A stretch of 54,151 bases of DNA, from contig MCFE01000603.1 in assembly GCA_002104905.1 (NCBI GenBank), forward strand, positions 1 through 54,151, written 5' to 3'. Made by a program: the position numbers and the translations under genes. This document shows positions 24,415-36,550 of the stretch, piece after piece (position 1 is the first letter of the stretch; each line of letters begins with the position of its first letter). The DNA is from Basidiobolus meristosporus CBS 931.73 (taxonomy: Eukaryota > Fungi > Basidiobolomycota). Below the pieces are notes generated by a model. It was not told where the DNA came from. It did not search any database and saw only the letters and a program-made list of their open reading frames with translations.

Positions 24415-25491
24415 TCCCTACAAACATGCACACCTGCCACAATGACATACTTCTACAACCTCAACTTTACGGCTTTTTGGCGTGATGCTTCCAAAGTTGC
24501 CATATGCCTTGTGCTGCTGGTAACATATACATCTTGCAAACATATGCTCAATTGTTGCCACTTCTGCAATGACTACCTCCTGAAAATCTGCAAAGAACAT
24601 TTTGGTATTTAGCCAATATATTCCTTCTCCCTGCTAGATTCTAGTCCCCCTTTTAGGTGCATGATTGCTCTTGTTTGTGTGAATTCCTTAGTGAATGGTG
24701 TAGAAGCTGGCTTGTGACCAAGTAAAATCCAGCATACCTCGGTAGAGTTTTCTTAAAACAATTAGTTGCTTGTTACATCCAACCCAACTTTGCATTTCTT
24801 TACTGATTACTCATGCATTGGGGCTGCTTAGCTCCTTAATGTCATAGTCATATGTGTCTTCATATGCACATCTGTCCTCAGCATTTTCAACTCTTCCTGG
24901 CTGTCCTCCATGTGCCAACTCATCATATCCATGACAGACTTGAAGGTAATATTTGTGACCAGATTGGGATGTGGTAATACCTGCAACTTGACTTTTCTTC
25001 CTATCTCCCCACACATCTGCTCCATAGGAAACTTCCAGAAGGTGAAGCAAGGCCCAATATTTTCCACACAACAAGCAAGATGTAGTAGAGAATGGATACA
25101 GTAGCAGCAGAGATCCATGTGTTCAGCATTATGTTAGTAGTAGAGCCACTCAAAACCTTTTACAAACTCCTCACACAACAGCTGTAGATGTCTCAAGTTG
25201 GCATTGGTGATTTGCTTCTGAATAAATATTCTTACAATGTCCACATATACTCCCAATGCTTCCAATGTACCCTTGGTAGGAATGGCTTCAGAATGCCACT
25301 TGAATAAATAGACTTGTTCCGTTGGATAGTGCCACATAGTGCCAGCCTGTTTATGGTGCCAGATCAATCTGGCACTCTACAGCACTATCTGGCACTATAA
25401 TTTCTACCATGATGCCAGTGGTATGATACAGTTACTGGTATTTTACTCAATCTTACTTATGTTGCGCAGAATAGTGCTTTCCTTGCTTTAT

Positions 25492-26376
25492 TTACTCTTC
25501 ATAATGCTCCTGACACATTTCTCTCAGTGGATGTCTTCTTGTATGAACATACTGTGCATTAATAAGTATCTTAACTATTTTACCTATTCTGCTGTTTTCT
25601 CCTATATATGACTTTCCTCTGTATTTACCTGCCAATATGCTGAATCTCTTCAGATATCCAAATGTGTGCTCTACCCTTACTCTGAAATGATTAAATATCT
25701 CATTGTAGAGCTTCTGCTTCCTGCTAAGCACACCATTCCTTGGCTTCCTATAAGCTGTAATACATCCTAATCTCTGACAATCCTCTCCTGTATAGGCTAA
25801 GTCTGCCATACATTTCTCCCCTCTACTGAATTCAGGATGATTCTCTACCCAGAGTGCTTTGTCATGCCTACTTCCAGCAAATGGCCCACTTAACCAGATG
25901 ATGTTACACTCAATGTCAGACAGTGCTTGAAACTTCACACAGTGGGCCTTGTACTTGCCAGAATAAAAGTGCCTCTGCCCTCTAGAAGTTCTGTTAATCC
26001 TCACTGGGAAGGTATCCAAAATACTCCTGATATGGAACCTGTTGCTGAACACTCTGGGATATGGAAGTCTATTAGAGCTTCTGAACCAAGTATTCCAAGC
26101 TTGCTCTAAGTCATTCATACCCTCTGCAAGGTGGTTCTCCATTGCTGTCAGCTGGGAATGAAAGCTTCTAGGACTTTTGTTGCCATGGATGGTGGGATGA
26201 AACCTTGTAGGGCAATAGTTCTTGTAATAGCAGAGAAGCTTAACAAGGGATCTCCATGAGTAAATTGGGGTTGATGGTCCTCAGTACTTGAAATAGATCT
26301 CCTCTAGTGTGTCAAAAGGAAATCCAGTGGTAGTGATGGGATTGATGAGAAAAGACCATTCAGATGAGTAAGTCAT
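25492..26376 (-). pseudogene. DDE_Tnp_4-type (Harbinger/ISL2EU-like) transposase, 294 codons with one in-frame TGA at codon 32
   Basis: ILDTFP (D), YSGKYKAHCVKFQ, GSRHD, MADLAY (D), RVRVEHTFGYLK (E). The frame extends upstream from 26142 to ATG 26376 with a single stop at 26281-26283. Confidence 0.88.
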
Positions 26377-26735
26377 ATTAAAATTGGTGGATGATTGTAT
26401 AAAGGCGGTTTGAATCAATTTGGTGTGATATGTGTTATTTATCTGATTTTTAATACATTATGGTTAAATCTCCATTAATTGCCATGTATACCATCATTAT
26501 GTTGCAAAAATCATCCGCAAACAATGACTTGGTACTTTTATTGATGCTTAACTCATAGGTCTATAATCAGACAGGAAATCTGCAATTGATGTGATCTGAT
26601 CCGTGTCAATGCAATCCAAGATGCATCATGCATAATATATGGAAAATTCAACAATCACATTAGTTTTCATATATATTTCATATAAGACCAGGTTGATGCC
26701 AATATACTGCTGTATAAGTATCCAAATCCATTGCT

Positions 26736-27983
26736 ATGGTCCCTATACCAAGCCTCAACTCATCTTTAGTACAACCCAGACAAAACCCATCCCCCAGCTC
26801 ACAAGCGCAGTCTGGACCGGAAAATTCGATGTTGGATCCGTTCAGGTTCTTGCCAAATGATTTTAGTATGGCCCAAGTGTTTATGATGAGCCTTCATACA
26901 GATATTTGGGCACTACTGATTAATCAAGCAGAACTAGATACCTCAGAAAGTTGACAAATATGGAAGAATTTGAGTAGAAAGCTGTGGCATGAGTTCTACA
27001 TCAAGATGCCAGCCAATGTATGTAAAGAGATATATAACAAGACAAGTATTGAAATCAAGAATGAGCTGAGAGTGAGGGGATTTGACAAAGAAGCCGCGCA
27101 AGAACAATTCCGCGTGCAATTTGCACAGTACAGGCTGGACGTGTCCGTTTGTGCCTCAACTTTGGGAACCAAAGAGATTTTGAATGAGTTTTTGCCTCAA
27201 ATGACTAATGTACTATGTGATATATTAGTAGAGCTAAGTGGCTTCCAAGAGCATTATACACAGGACTCATCCAGGCAACAGCTTCAAAGTATCAGACAGA
27301 GGGTAAGTGAATACCTTGAGGAATCAGATAGTGAGCTTCAGGAGGAAGAATACAGACCGCAAGCAACATTGTCCAGATTGCGCCAGCATGCCTTGCTAGA
27401 TTCCCTACCATCTCTTGCAACCACAGCGTGCTGGCGCACGTCAGTCCAGACCACGCCAACACCCTTTACCAGAACGCCTTGCATCAAGTCAACATGCATT
27501 GAGTCAACGCGCGTGCTTCAGAGCAAAACTACGAGAACTTGCCAAACTGCTCATTTAGACACGAGTCCATTGAAGCGGACCAAGTTGCGTCAACATGCAA
27601 CATCACATCAAACTCAGCCAAGGGCCATCTCAACGCATCAAGGCGTGCCTGCACGTGCCGTTTTGCCTGACCATCAGCAAGTTACTTCTGGTGAACTGAC
27701 TGATGATGACCAACATGAAGTGCCTCAACTACCGGAGTCCTTAGCAAGTAAAAGAATGCGTCAGCGTGTGGCACTACAGGCCGGTTCAGTTGGTTCAGTC
27801 AAAGCAATTCAGCATGGCCAAGCTGCAGCATTGCACTCATCAACTAGGAGGCAAAATACTGACTACAAATACACAAGTAGCCAAGATGATAGTCAGCCCG
27901 GAAGTAGTATAGGTGTGCAAAGTGAGTCACTACCAAATGCTTCAGTAGTAGTCCCTGTGAGAAAAAAACCCAGGAGAAGATGA
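26736..27983 (+). pseudogene. PHIS accessory protein (about 415 codons, Myb/SANT/MADF-like motif) with one in-frame TGA
   Basis: 26736-26954 and 26970-27983 are in one frame. The stop TGA aligns with CAA in copy 1, implying ancestral CGA. The start codon could be downstream (MLDPF). Confidence 0.78.
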
Positions 27984-29611
27984 TGCAATTGCTTTGAATT
28001 GCTCACATTTGCAATGATCCCAACAACCCTTTTTTTTTTGCAATCCAAATTGAGCCATCAAAAATCAGTGATCATCAAATTTTTGATATAAGTAATATCA
28101 AGGTTGTCTCACATTTGAGACAGAACCCCTATAAATAAACACCCTGCATATATATACGTCATCTGTAATACCAGTGCAGCTATTGGATCTGTTTTGCACC
28201 TACACGATTGCTTGCGTGCTAGCTATGACACCTTGTCCAATCACTAGGATCAGGGATTTACTTGCTCCATAGGCAAAATGTGATATTTGATGGCAAATCA
28301 AGTAGCTTTTTCATTAGTCAATGAGCCAATTGGGGGCTGCCAGCTTCAGGATACTTTTGGACCAATTAACCACTGAGATACCATCCAATTGGAGTGAGGG
28401 TAACCAAAATGGTAAGTATCAGTGTAGTTTATAGTGTGATACACATTTATTTCCATTTACATTAAAGAAACATATCCAAATACCGGATTTTACCTGCCAT
28501 AATAGCGGTATCCAATTGTGCACATGATGCAAACATTCCAAGTTGGCGCAATCATCCATGCCAACCTCATCATGTCAGATTGTGCCATAGTGTGCAAGAT
28601 TGTCCCACATAGTGCAAAATTGTCCAAGAACAATCCTGCCTTCTGATAGCTATAATATTGCGCCCAATTGTTCTTTACAACCGCGGATTGCGCCGCGCAC
28701 CCTGGCACGGTACAATGGAACAAGTCTAATACATATCCAGCTCATCCAGTCTTTGCATTTGTATTGTTACATATGCATAGGAATATTGATTGGAGTCTGT
28801 GAGAAGTACTTAGGGTATCAGATACTCTGCAATTTCTTGCCAATTCTTTCAAATTTCTCCAGTATCTCAAAGGGCCCATTTAGCTTGAAATGCCCCATGT
28901 ACAACTTGGTCATCAGTATAGGGATATTGTTGAAAGCAAATAGATTGCCTCAAGTAGAAAGCTTTTGCTCCAACAGGTACCCTCTATTGTAAGTATCTCT
29001 GGTCTCCAATTGATTCCCAATTTCAGCCAATTGCTTATAGCTTGCCTACTTTGCTGGAATTGCATGCTGGCTTCTGTATGTTTTCTCTGTGGGAAGATGA
29101 TGTCCTTAGTATTGGAGTTTGTAATAATGATGGGTGTGAGTTATGGAGTAAATCCCCTGGATCTCATACATTTACAGCAATACCATCCATTGTACCCAGA
29201 GAAGCCAGCTATGTTTCTAATGGCTGGGGTATCTCCAATGCAGATAATATAATGTGCTTTGACATGACTGCCATTTGCTGTAATCCCGCTGGAAGGCATA
29301 CAAAATCCATTCAGCAATGGATGCAGGTAGCTATTCAGGTTGGATGGTGATTTAGGCACAAATACCAGTGAGTCTACCATTAGATTTTTGCTCTGATACT
29401 CTAAGATAGGTGGCAGATTCAGGTTGATGAGAATCAGTGGCCAGCAGGATTTGCTGGTAGAGTACTTGCCTAATGAGAATCCATTAAGTGCCAAGGCAAA
29501 GGCATGATCATAAATACCTTCAAAGTAGCCCTTGCTTCTTAGCTGTTTGTAATGTTTGCCATCAAATATATTGGATATGTTTGTGCTTGATTGATACTGA
29601 GTGTGGTATGT

Positions 29612-30974
29612 TGTAGTGGGGTGACAGTGACACCCATTGACAGATGTGCTCATTCCCTTATTTTCTACTTCCCTATACCTCTACTACACTTATTTTTATC
29701 CCATTTGACTTACCCAATCAGTACTATCCCATAATCTGGTTGACTATCACACCTGCTTACCTTATTGCGTAAGTTACCCCTCACTTTATGTAAGAATGCT
29801 AGCTATAAGTGCTTCTGTATTAAGCAAGTACCTGCGCCAGTACCTGTGACACATGATCAACCTGTGTCACCATCCCTACCATTTCCATACCATATATGGT
29901 ATCCCTATGTTACACATGTTTCAGAATATTGATTCCTGATTGGTTGGATGTGCTGTGCCTCTTAGAACCTTCTGGCACCTACTTAGAACATTCTTAGGTC
30001 ATTCTGATGTCATTAAGATTTCTATTGATATCTGGAACCTTCTGGAATACCATGATTAGTAATCACTTAGCCAGTGAGAAAAGTATATAAGGGAGGCTAT
30101 CCCGCAACAATAAATGATCATCCCTTTTATCAATATTCCAACATGTTGATTAGTGTGATCACTGCTACCTGCTGCCACCTGAACTTCCAACCCCAGACCA
30201 CAGGACACTCCCAGGAAACCATCCTGACAGCCAACTGACCTTGGAGGCACTATTTGTGAGGAATACTCAGAGTAGGTATCTTTTATTATACTTGATCCTT
30301 TCCCAAGTTTGTTCTTGTACAGGCAAAGATACTTTTCTGACTATGTAGCTATTGACCACAGCTGCATTCTTATCAAGTCCCTGCTGGTGGAGTTTACAGT
30401 TGTTTTGACTTTGGAAGCTTTAATACATTGTCATCTCAAAGAACACTGAACCCAGCACATACTTTTGTTAAGATGCCAACTAAGTTGGGGATTGTAGCCC
30501 AATAGTTTTCCCTTGACAAGCTTGTGGCTTTATTCCCCTTCACATTAGATTAGAGAAAGAACCCAAGTATTCCAAGCAACCTTTTGCCAGAGGTTATTGC
30601 ACCCAGTGAGCACCCCACACATACAACACTTGAGAAGTGTTGGATGTATCTCTCCCTTGAACTTATACACCACCACAATGCTCAAGAATGAAAGAATTGT
30701 TTTGACTTTGGAAGCATTAGTACATTGTCATCTCAAAGGATGCTGAACCCAGCACATACTTTTGTTAAGACACCAACTAAGTTGGGGATTGTAGCTCAAT
30801 AGTTTTTCCTTGACAAGCTTGTGGCTTTATTTCCCATCACATTAGATTAGAGAAAGAGCCCAAGTATTTCTAGCAAGCTTTTGCCAGAGGATATTGCACC
30901 CAGTGATCACCCCACACACAAAACACTTGAGAAGTGTTGGACATATCTCTCCCTTGGACCTATACACCACCACA
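29612..30974. mobile_element. Solo LTR of the CpG-target family (about 1066 bp native) carrying a 297-bp insertion
   Basis: TGTAGTGGGG...CACCACCACA. TSD ATGT (29608-29611) / ACAT (30975-30978). Inserted in the Transposase_21 gene. Confidence 0.88.
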
Positions 30975-33029
30975 ACATCATGCTTTGCAATATTTGTCAG
31001 ACTGCATGAGCTTCTCTAGATAGGGTATTACTGGAATATATTTGGAGTGTGAGAGATGTTTTCTCTCAATAGTGGTGGATTCCTGACAATTTGGACATGT
31101 TGCAATGGTGGCATTTTTGGATGTGAATGCCATGCAACTGTTAGCACGTACTGGAATCAGGACAGTCTCTAGGTCATATTTTGCCAGCCACATGATGGTT
31201 GCCCATTTGCACCATGTACATGGTAAGTTGCATCCTGAATTGATTTTGGCATGTAGTATTAATAAATCTCCCAAGCCCCCATTACTGATATTAGTGGAAA
31301 TATGCCACTTCTCTAGCCACAACATTACATCATTTACCAGTAGGTGGATTACTGAGTTCACTTGGCTCTATAATGTATCTTTGGCATTTGCTTCCACAAG
31401 TGTAGTGTCATTGCATATTTGGAATTTGCCTTGGCTCATGCATAGTATTGTTGTCAGGGGAGATAGGCTCACAATCTATCAGTGAGCCTTCTTTGTCAGA
31501 GCTATCACTCTGCATGCCATATTTAGAAGGCTGATGTGAGCCTAAAGGCATCATAAACTCACCTGACTCAGCTTACACAAGGTGACAAAGACAGCCAGGT
31601 GCCAATATAGAAGTATCAACTGGCTGGCAAGGTAATGTTGGTGCAGTAGTGACTGATGAATGGTCAAATATCACTTGTGTGGCAAAACACTGGCTGTGAT
31701 CCTTGTAATACTTCCAGTGCTGACTGCATGCTTCATGGCTGAGATGCTTGCTACACTAGCCACATGGTCTTTTTCTCTTCTCTTATGGCGTCAAATCAAA
31801 GTAGTGTTGTCCATGGGGCAAACAGCTTGACCCTCAAAAACATAAAGCTATTGTATCAATTTTTGGTCAATACTTGTGTGAATTTAACACAGTCTTGTAT
31901 CTGAGACATTGCACCTACATGAATGTAAGATTCAATGATGACCTGCCATAGTAAGCATAATAAATAAAGCTGTGGCACCACATACACATGTATATGTAAC
32001 ACTATTTCCCCTTTGGTTTAACTCACTACTATATGAATGCCACCAAAAAATAAAGCAAAATTGTCTGGTTCCCAACCAAACCCCTCTGCTGATGGCAGCA
32101 GACAAATGGTTGGACAACAGCTTGTTTTGACATTCAGTGCAACAAGCAGGGCTACATCCTAAAAGGCCCTGTTGATAGTGTGCCCACTAAAGGAAATAAT
32201 GCAGACTTCTCAGGCTCTCAGTCAAGTAGGCAACCTCTGCAGAGCTGCAAGCTGCCTGTTATGCTCAGGCAGATGAGAACATAGCAAATGCAGTATGCTC
32301 AGTTGAAGACCAGCAAGTGGCCAGCATAATATCACCACCACTAATATTAGCAAATATACTGTCAGCTCATACCAAAGCATTGATGAAGCAATTAGGTGAA
32401 GTGGCTGATAGGATAGATGCAATGGCCCAGAGAAGTCAGGAAATAGTCCAGAAACAGGATGAGCAGATAAAAGGTGTAGAGCAATCAATATCCCAGGTAG
32501 AGAAAGCAGTATCTTTGCTGCAAAGAAAGAACTCAAGTAGCTCAATGTCACAGCAAAGAATTGAGCCATTTCCCAGTGTAACAGCAGAGGAACACCGCAC
32601 AGTCTTTAAAGCACAACCACAGTGCCCAAAGATAAAGCCCAAAGAAAAACCTATCATAGCATGGGAGGGAGACAATGTGGTGTTTATACCAAAGCCTAAA
32701 AATTGAAAGACATTGAAGATCTGTGAAGCCATTGATTGCAATAATGAAGAGTGAATAATATTCAAGAGGCTGTCAGAAGTCTAGCACACCATCACCTCAA
32801 TGCCTGCATACTATGGGACCATCAGGAACTCAAGGCCAAGCAGAATGTGCTTGGCTTTCTCTGTGAGCATTATCCTGTATTTAAAGGGGCAAACAGATCT
32901 TGGGTCAGTATTTATATGCTAAGACAGTATTTTAAGACTAGCAAAAACTATCAAAGGCAGAAGAACAAGGGTGCCATGGCTAAAAACCAGTGGCTTCCCC
33001 AAGAGCCTGTTACAAGAAGGGCAAAAATA

Positions 33030-33498
33030 CATAAAAGAAGTGCTAAATGGAAGACTGTACACAGGCAGCTACCCCAATGGAAAAAAACCTTGACTTGGTC
33101 AAAACTCAACCAAATCAAGAGAGCTTGATGGCATCCAAATGCCCTGACTTTCCTTATCAATCTAAGGTTGACAGACTGATGTATAGTACCTATGGAACCT
33201 GTCCCAATATCTCATATTCAGGGGGAACTGTTGGCCAGCATATTAAGAACTATGGATATGACTACATTGCAGCAGTTAAGCAGATTTTAGATACCTAAAA
33301 GGAACTGCTAATGTCTGCTTAAGATACACCTATGAGGATTCATGACAAGATCTTGTGGAATACTCTGATGCTGATTAGACACAAAACCTAGAAGTCAGAT
33401 GATCCATCAGAGTATACACCTTTTATTACCATAAAGGAGCAACATCATGGAACTCAAGAAGGCAACCAACTGTAGCACTTTCTACTGCAGAGGCAGAG
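33030..33498 (+). mobile_element. Degraded Copia RT/RNase H fragment
   Basis: MEDC..AATPME.NLDLVKTQPNQESL, YSDAD, and S.AEAE. Left junction approximate. Confidence 0.8.
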
Positions 33499-33995
33499 TG
33501 TTGTATCCAAGAAAGAGGTGTAGTAGTACTGCTGAATGGTTCAACTGAACCAAAGGGATAATTTAAGTGCAAAATCTTAGATATGTCTGAGAGTAGCAGA
33601 AATATTATCAGAGAGATTCCGGCCTAATATTGGTGTGGTATAAAGCTGGGTTTGGCTACCAAGGCAATGGAGTCGGTTTGCTTTGCAGGCATGGCTTAGT
33701 GTTTGTTGGAGTGCTAGATATGCTAAGCTTGGGTGGGAACTAGAACAGAATTGCTCAATTCTTAACTTTGCTGAGACACAATCTTGCTTTTGTTGAGACC
33801 CACACTAACCCAAAAGGTCTGGTCAACTTTACTTATACTTTTCTGATCAAGTTGAATTAGTCAGCCCTAGGATACTGGGCTAAATGATATCAATTTTGGG
33901 TGCTGATAGGTGCATAAGACAAATGAAAGTTGCTTTGTCATTCAGCTGATGTCTTGGCAACTGCCAAGTGGTTGGATAGATCCCAGATAACTCAC
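33499..33995. repeat. LTR-like repeat of another family (5' part)
   Basis: Begins TGTTGTATCC abruptly inside Copia RNase H. Its last ~50 bp match 36140-36193 in inverted orientation. Confidence 0.45.
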
Positions 33996-35709
33996 TGTTG
34001 TAAGAGTATTGGAGATATTTGAAGTGATTGGGAGGACAAGTGTAATATGTGGTTTTCACTTGATGATTTATTGAATGTAAAAGTAGTATTAATACTTTTA
34101 CATGATCTTGGCTTTACAAGCACATAGAATAGGTTAAGGAAGGTCCCAAGATTGTAAGCAAAGTTTGCGGCTGTTTGGACAACTTTGTGAATTTTCATGT
34201 TCTGGGTACCTGGTATTGTGGTGAAAATATTCTCAGTAAATCCCAACAAGGAATTTGGTCAGTATTTGCTAGATTTGAAGGTAATGATCTCAGTGACTAA
34301 GTTGGGTGAATATTTAGGTGGAATTACAAGTTTTTATAACACTCCCACTCAGCTAAATATTCATACTTACAAGTCCTAATTTTGACCTAAGATATTCAAA
34401 CTTGTCACTAGCAAATGGTTTTGTAAGTATGACTGCAATTGTTTCATCTGAAGGACAGTAAACTAAGCTAACCAAGTTATTCTCTATAGCTCTGCATATG
34501 AAATAATCTCTAATATCCATGTGCTCAGTTCTAGCATGAAAAGTTGGATTTCTACCTAACTGTATACATTCTTGATTATCTTGAAATAAAGTAATAGGTG
34601 TTTTATGCCATAGGCCTAAATATGTAAAAAGCTTTCTTAACCACATTGCTTCTTTTGTAACTTCACAGCCTGTCATATACTCTGCCTCTGTGGTAGATAG
34701 TGCTATGGTTGGTTGCTTTCTTGAATTGCATGAAATTGCTCCTTTACAGTAAAGAAAGGTGTAACCTGTGGTAGATCATCTCTCTTCCTAATTTTGTCCC
34801 CAATCAGCATCAGAGTATCCCACAAGATCCTGTTCTGAATTGTTATAAGTGTATCTTAAGCAGATATCAGCGGTTCCTTTTACATCCTCATCAGTAGTTG
34901 GTACGCCCACAAATTCCATTTTATACACCAGCAGGGTAATTCTGTTAATTAGATTTTTCATTTCTTCTTCTGGCAGCATCTTTGTAGGAAAGAATTTTTG
35001 TCTCAGATACATTTTCTTAGCAGCTGAACATAACTGATAGGTGTCTTCTAATGCCTTCCAGGGATTCTTTGCTGTTTTTGCTCTTGAGCATTGAATTAGC
35101 AATTTGTCTCTAACATTAAGGCAAATGCAGTAAAAGGCACTTTGTTCTTTCCTCTGGTACTTTAAGGCTTCCTGTCCCACATTTTTAGGAGGGCATTCTT
35201 CTCCCATGACAATATCCCAAAGGCCTCTTTCTTGTGGCAGCATCTTCATCTTCATCTTCAACACTTAGTAGCTAGATCCATTCAACTATTCAGCAGAGGG
35301 AAAGATTCCAGTAATAGCAGTAGTAGACATTGCAGAGTGTGACAGTTTGGGCTCATAACCTGTTGTAAGAGTCTTGGAGATATTGGAAGTAATTTGGAGA
35401 ACAAGTAGATTATCTGGCTTTCACTTGATGATTTATTGAATGTAAAAGTGGTATTTATACTTTTACATGGTCTTGGCATAACAAGCATATAGAATAGGTT
35501 AAGGAAGGTCCCAGGAGCATGTGTGCAAAATTTGGGGCCATTTGGACAACTTTGAGAATTCTCATGTTCTGGGTGACTGGTATTTTGGTGAAAATATTCT
35601 AAGTAGATCCCAACCAGGAGCTTGGTCAGTATTCTCTAGAATATGAAGGTAATGATCTAAGTGACTAAGTTAGGTGAATATTTAGGTGGAAATACAAATT
35701 TTTACAACA
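33996..35709 (-). mobile_element. Internally deleted Copia (LTRs 33996-34341 and 35361-35709) with gag joined to RNase H
   Basis: ORF 34788-35264 runs ...VGVPTTDED into VKGTADICLRY...YSDADW. PBS at 35347-35360. Flanks CTCAC and TATCC do not match. Confidence 0.85.
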
Positions 35710-35955
35710 TATCCCACCTAAAGACAAATTTTGCATAGGTCCACACAGATCTGAGTGAATAAGATCTCATATTTCTTAGTTCTAACTAACCCAGAGCTCT
35801 TGAACAGTTGTCTGGCTTGTTTCCCATATATGCAGGCTTCACAGTGCTTCAAATTAGCTGGGGAATCAATTTTAACTCCTGAAATCAGCTGATCTTTGAT
35901 CATTGTGCGCAAATAATCAACATTGATGTGCCCAAATCTCCTGTTGTGCATCAAC
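35710..35955 (-). mobile_element. Copia GAG-pre-integrase/integrase fragment
   Basis: HNRRFGHIN...CEACIYGKQAR. Confidence 0.8.
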
Positions 35956-35980
35956 ATTTGAAACTTGGCCAATTTCACTC

Positions 35981-36193
35981 TGTTACAAAATCTGGTACCC
36001 TAGCTGATTTTCCCTAACCCAAACATAACTAATCCCTGTTATGGTTTATTTTATCCCCTCTTAGAATCTATTTTTAGCTGTCACACCTGATCAATTTTCA
36101 TGTGGTCATTACATCCTCAACTGGTCTGCTAAGCCTTTCCAAGTGATTAGTCATCTGAGATTTATCCAACCTCTTAGCAGCTGCCAAGACATC
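35981..36193. repeat. Second, inverted fragment of the 33499-family LTR-like repeat including a TG terminus
   Basis: Starts TGTTACAAAATC and overlaps in homology with the end of 33499-33995. Confidence 0.45.
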
Positions 36194-36550
36194 ACACTAG
36201 TTCCATTGGATAGTGCCACATTGACCCATCAGTGGCAAATGATGCCATAGCATGCCAGGGAGGCCAAGTGAGCCCATACCTGGCCACAGAGTGTGAATCA
36301 TAGCTCTACATCTCCATGTAAAGCAGCCCCTGTGATTCACCCATTGTGCTGGAGAAAATCCATTTTTTGACCTTTTTTTTTAGATCAAAGTTGTGCAGGA
36401 TGTGCAAGAATACAAAAGAACTGAAGATATGCATCTGGTACTCAATACCCATGGCACTCTGAATCTAGCTCCTGTGGCTTGTAACATGTCACAAAAATGC
36501 ACAGCACTATCTTGGTCCACTGGTACTATCTGGCACTATATATAATTATT
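36194..36550. mobile_element. Left terminus of a related PHIS element
   Basis: ACACTAGTTCCATTGGATAGTGCCACA matches the left end at 25310 (24/27). Carries CACTATC and CTGGCACTAT subterminal motifs near 36500-36540. Confidence 0.6.

Larger units (their letters stand above)
25310..28727. mobile_element. Structurally complete PHIS DNA transposon (3418 bp), Pangu-type
   Basis: 15-bp TIR AGACTTGTTCC(G/A)TTG with 14/15 match. TSD AAT at 25307-25309 and 28728-28730. The rejoined flanks match the uninterrupted site near 21311 in E1. Confidence 0.93.
24415..33030. mobile_element. CMC/EnSpm copy E2: transposase on - (about 24420-31700) and ORF2 on + (32037-33030), interrupted by the PHIS element and a solo LTR
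   Basis: ORFs 30978-31361, 29141-29653, 25134-25367, 24811-25118 and 24418-24600 match Transposase_21 pieces of E1. 32317-33030 matches 18400-18990. Confidence 0.82.
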
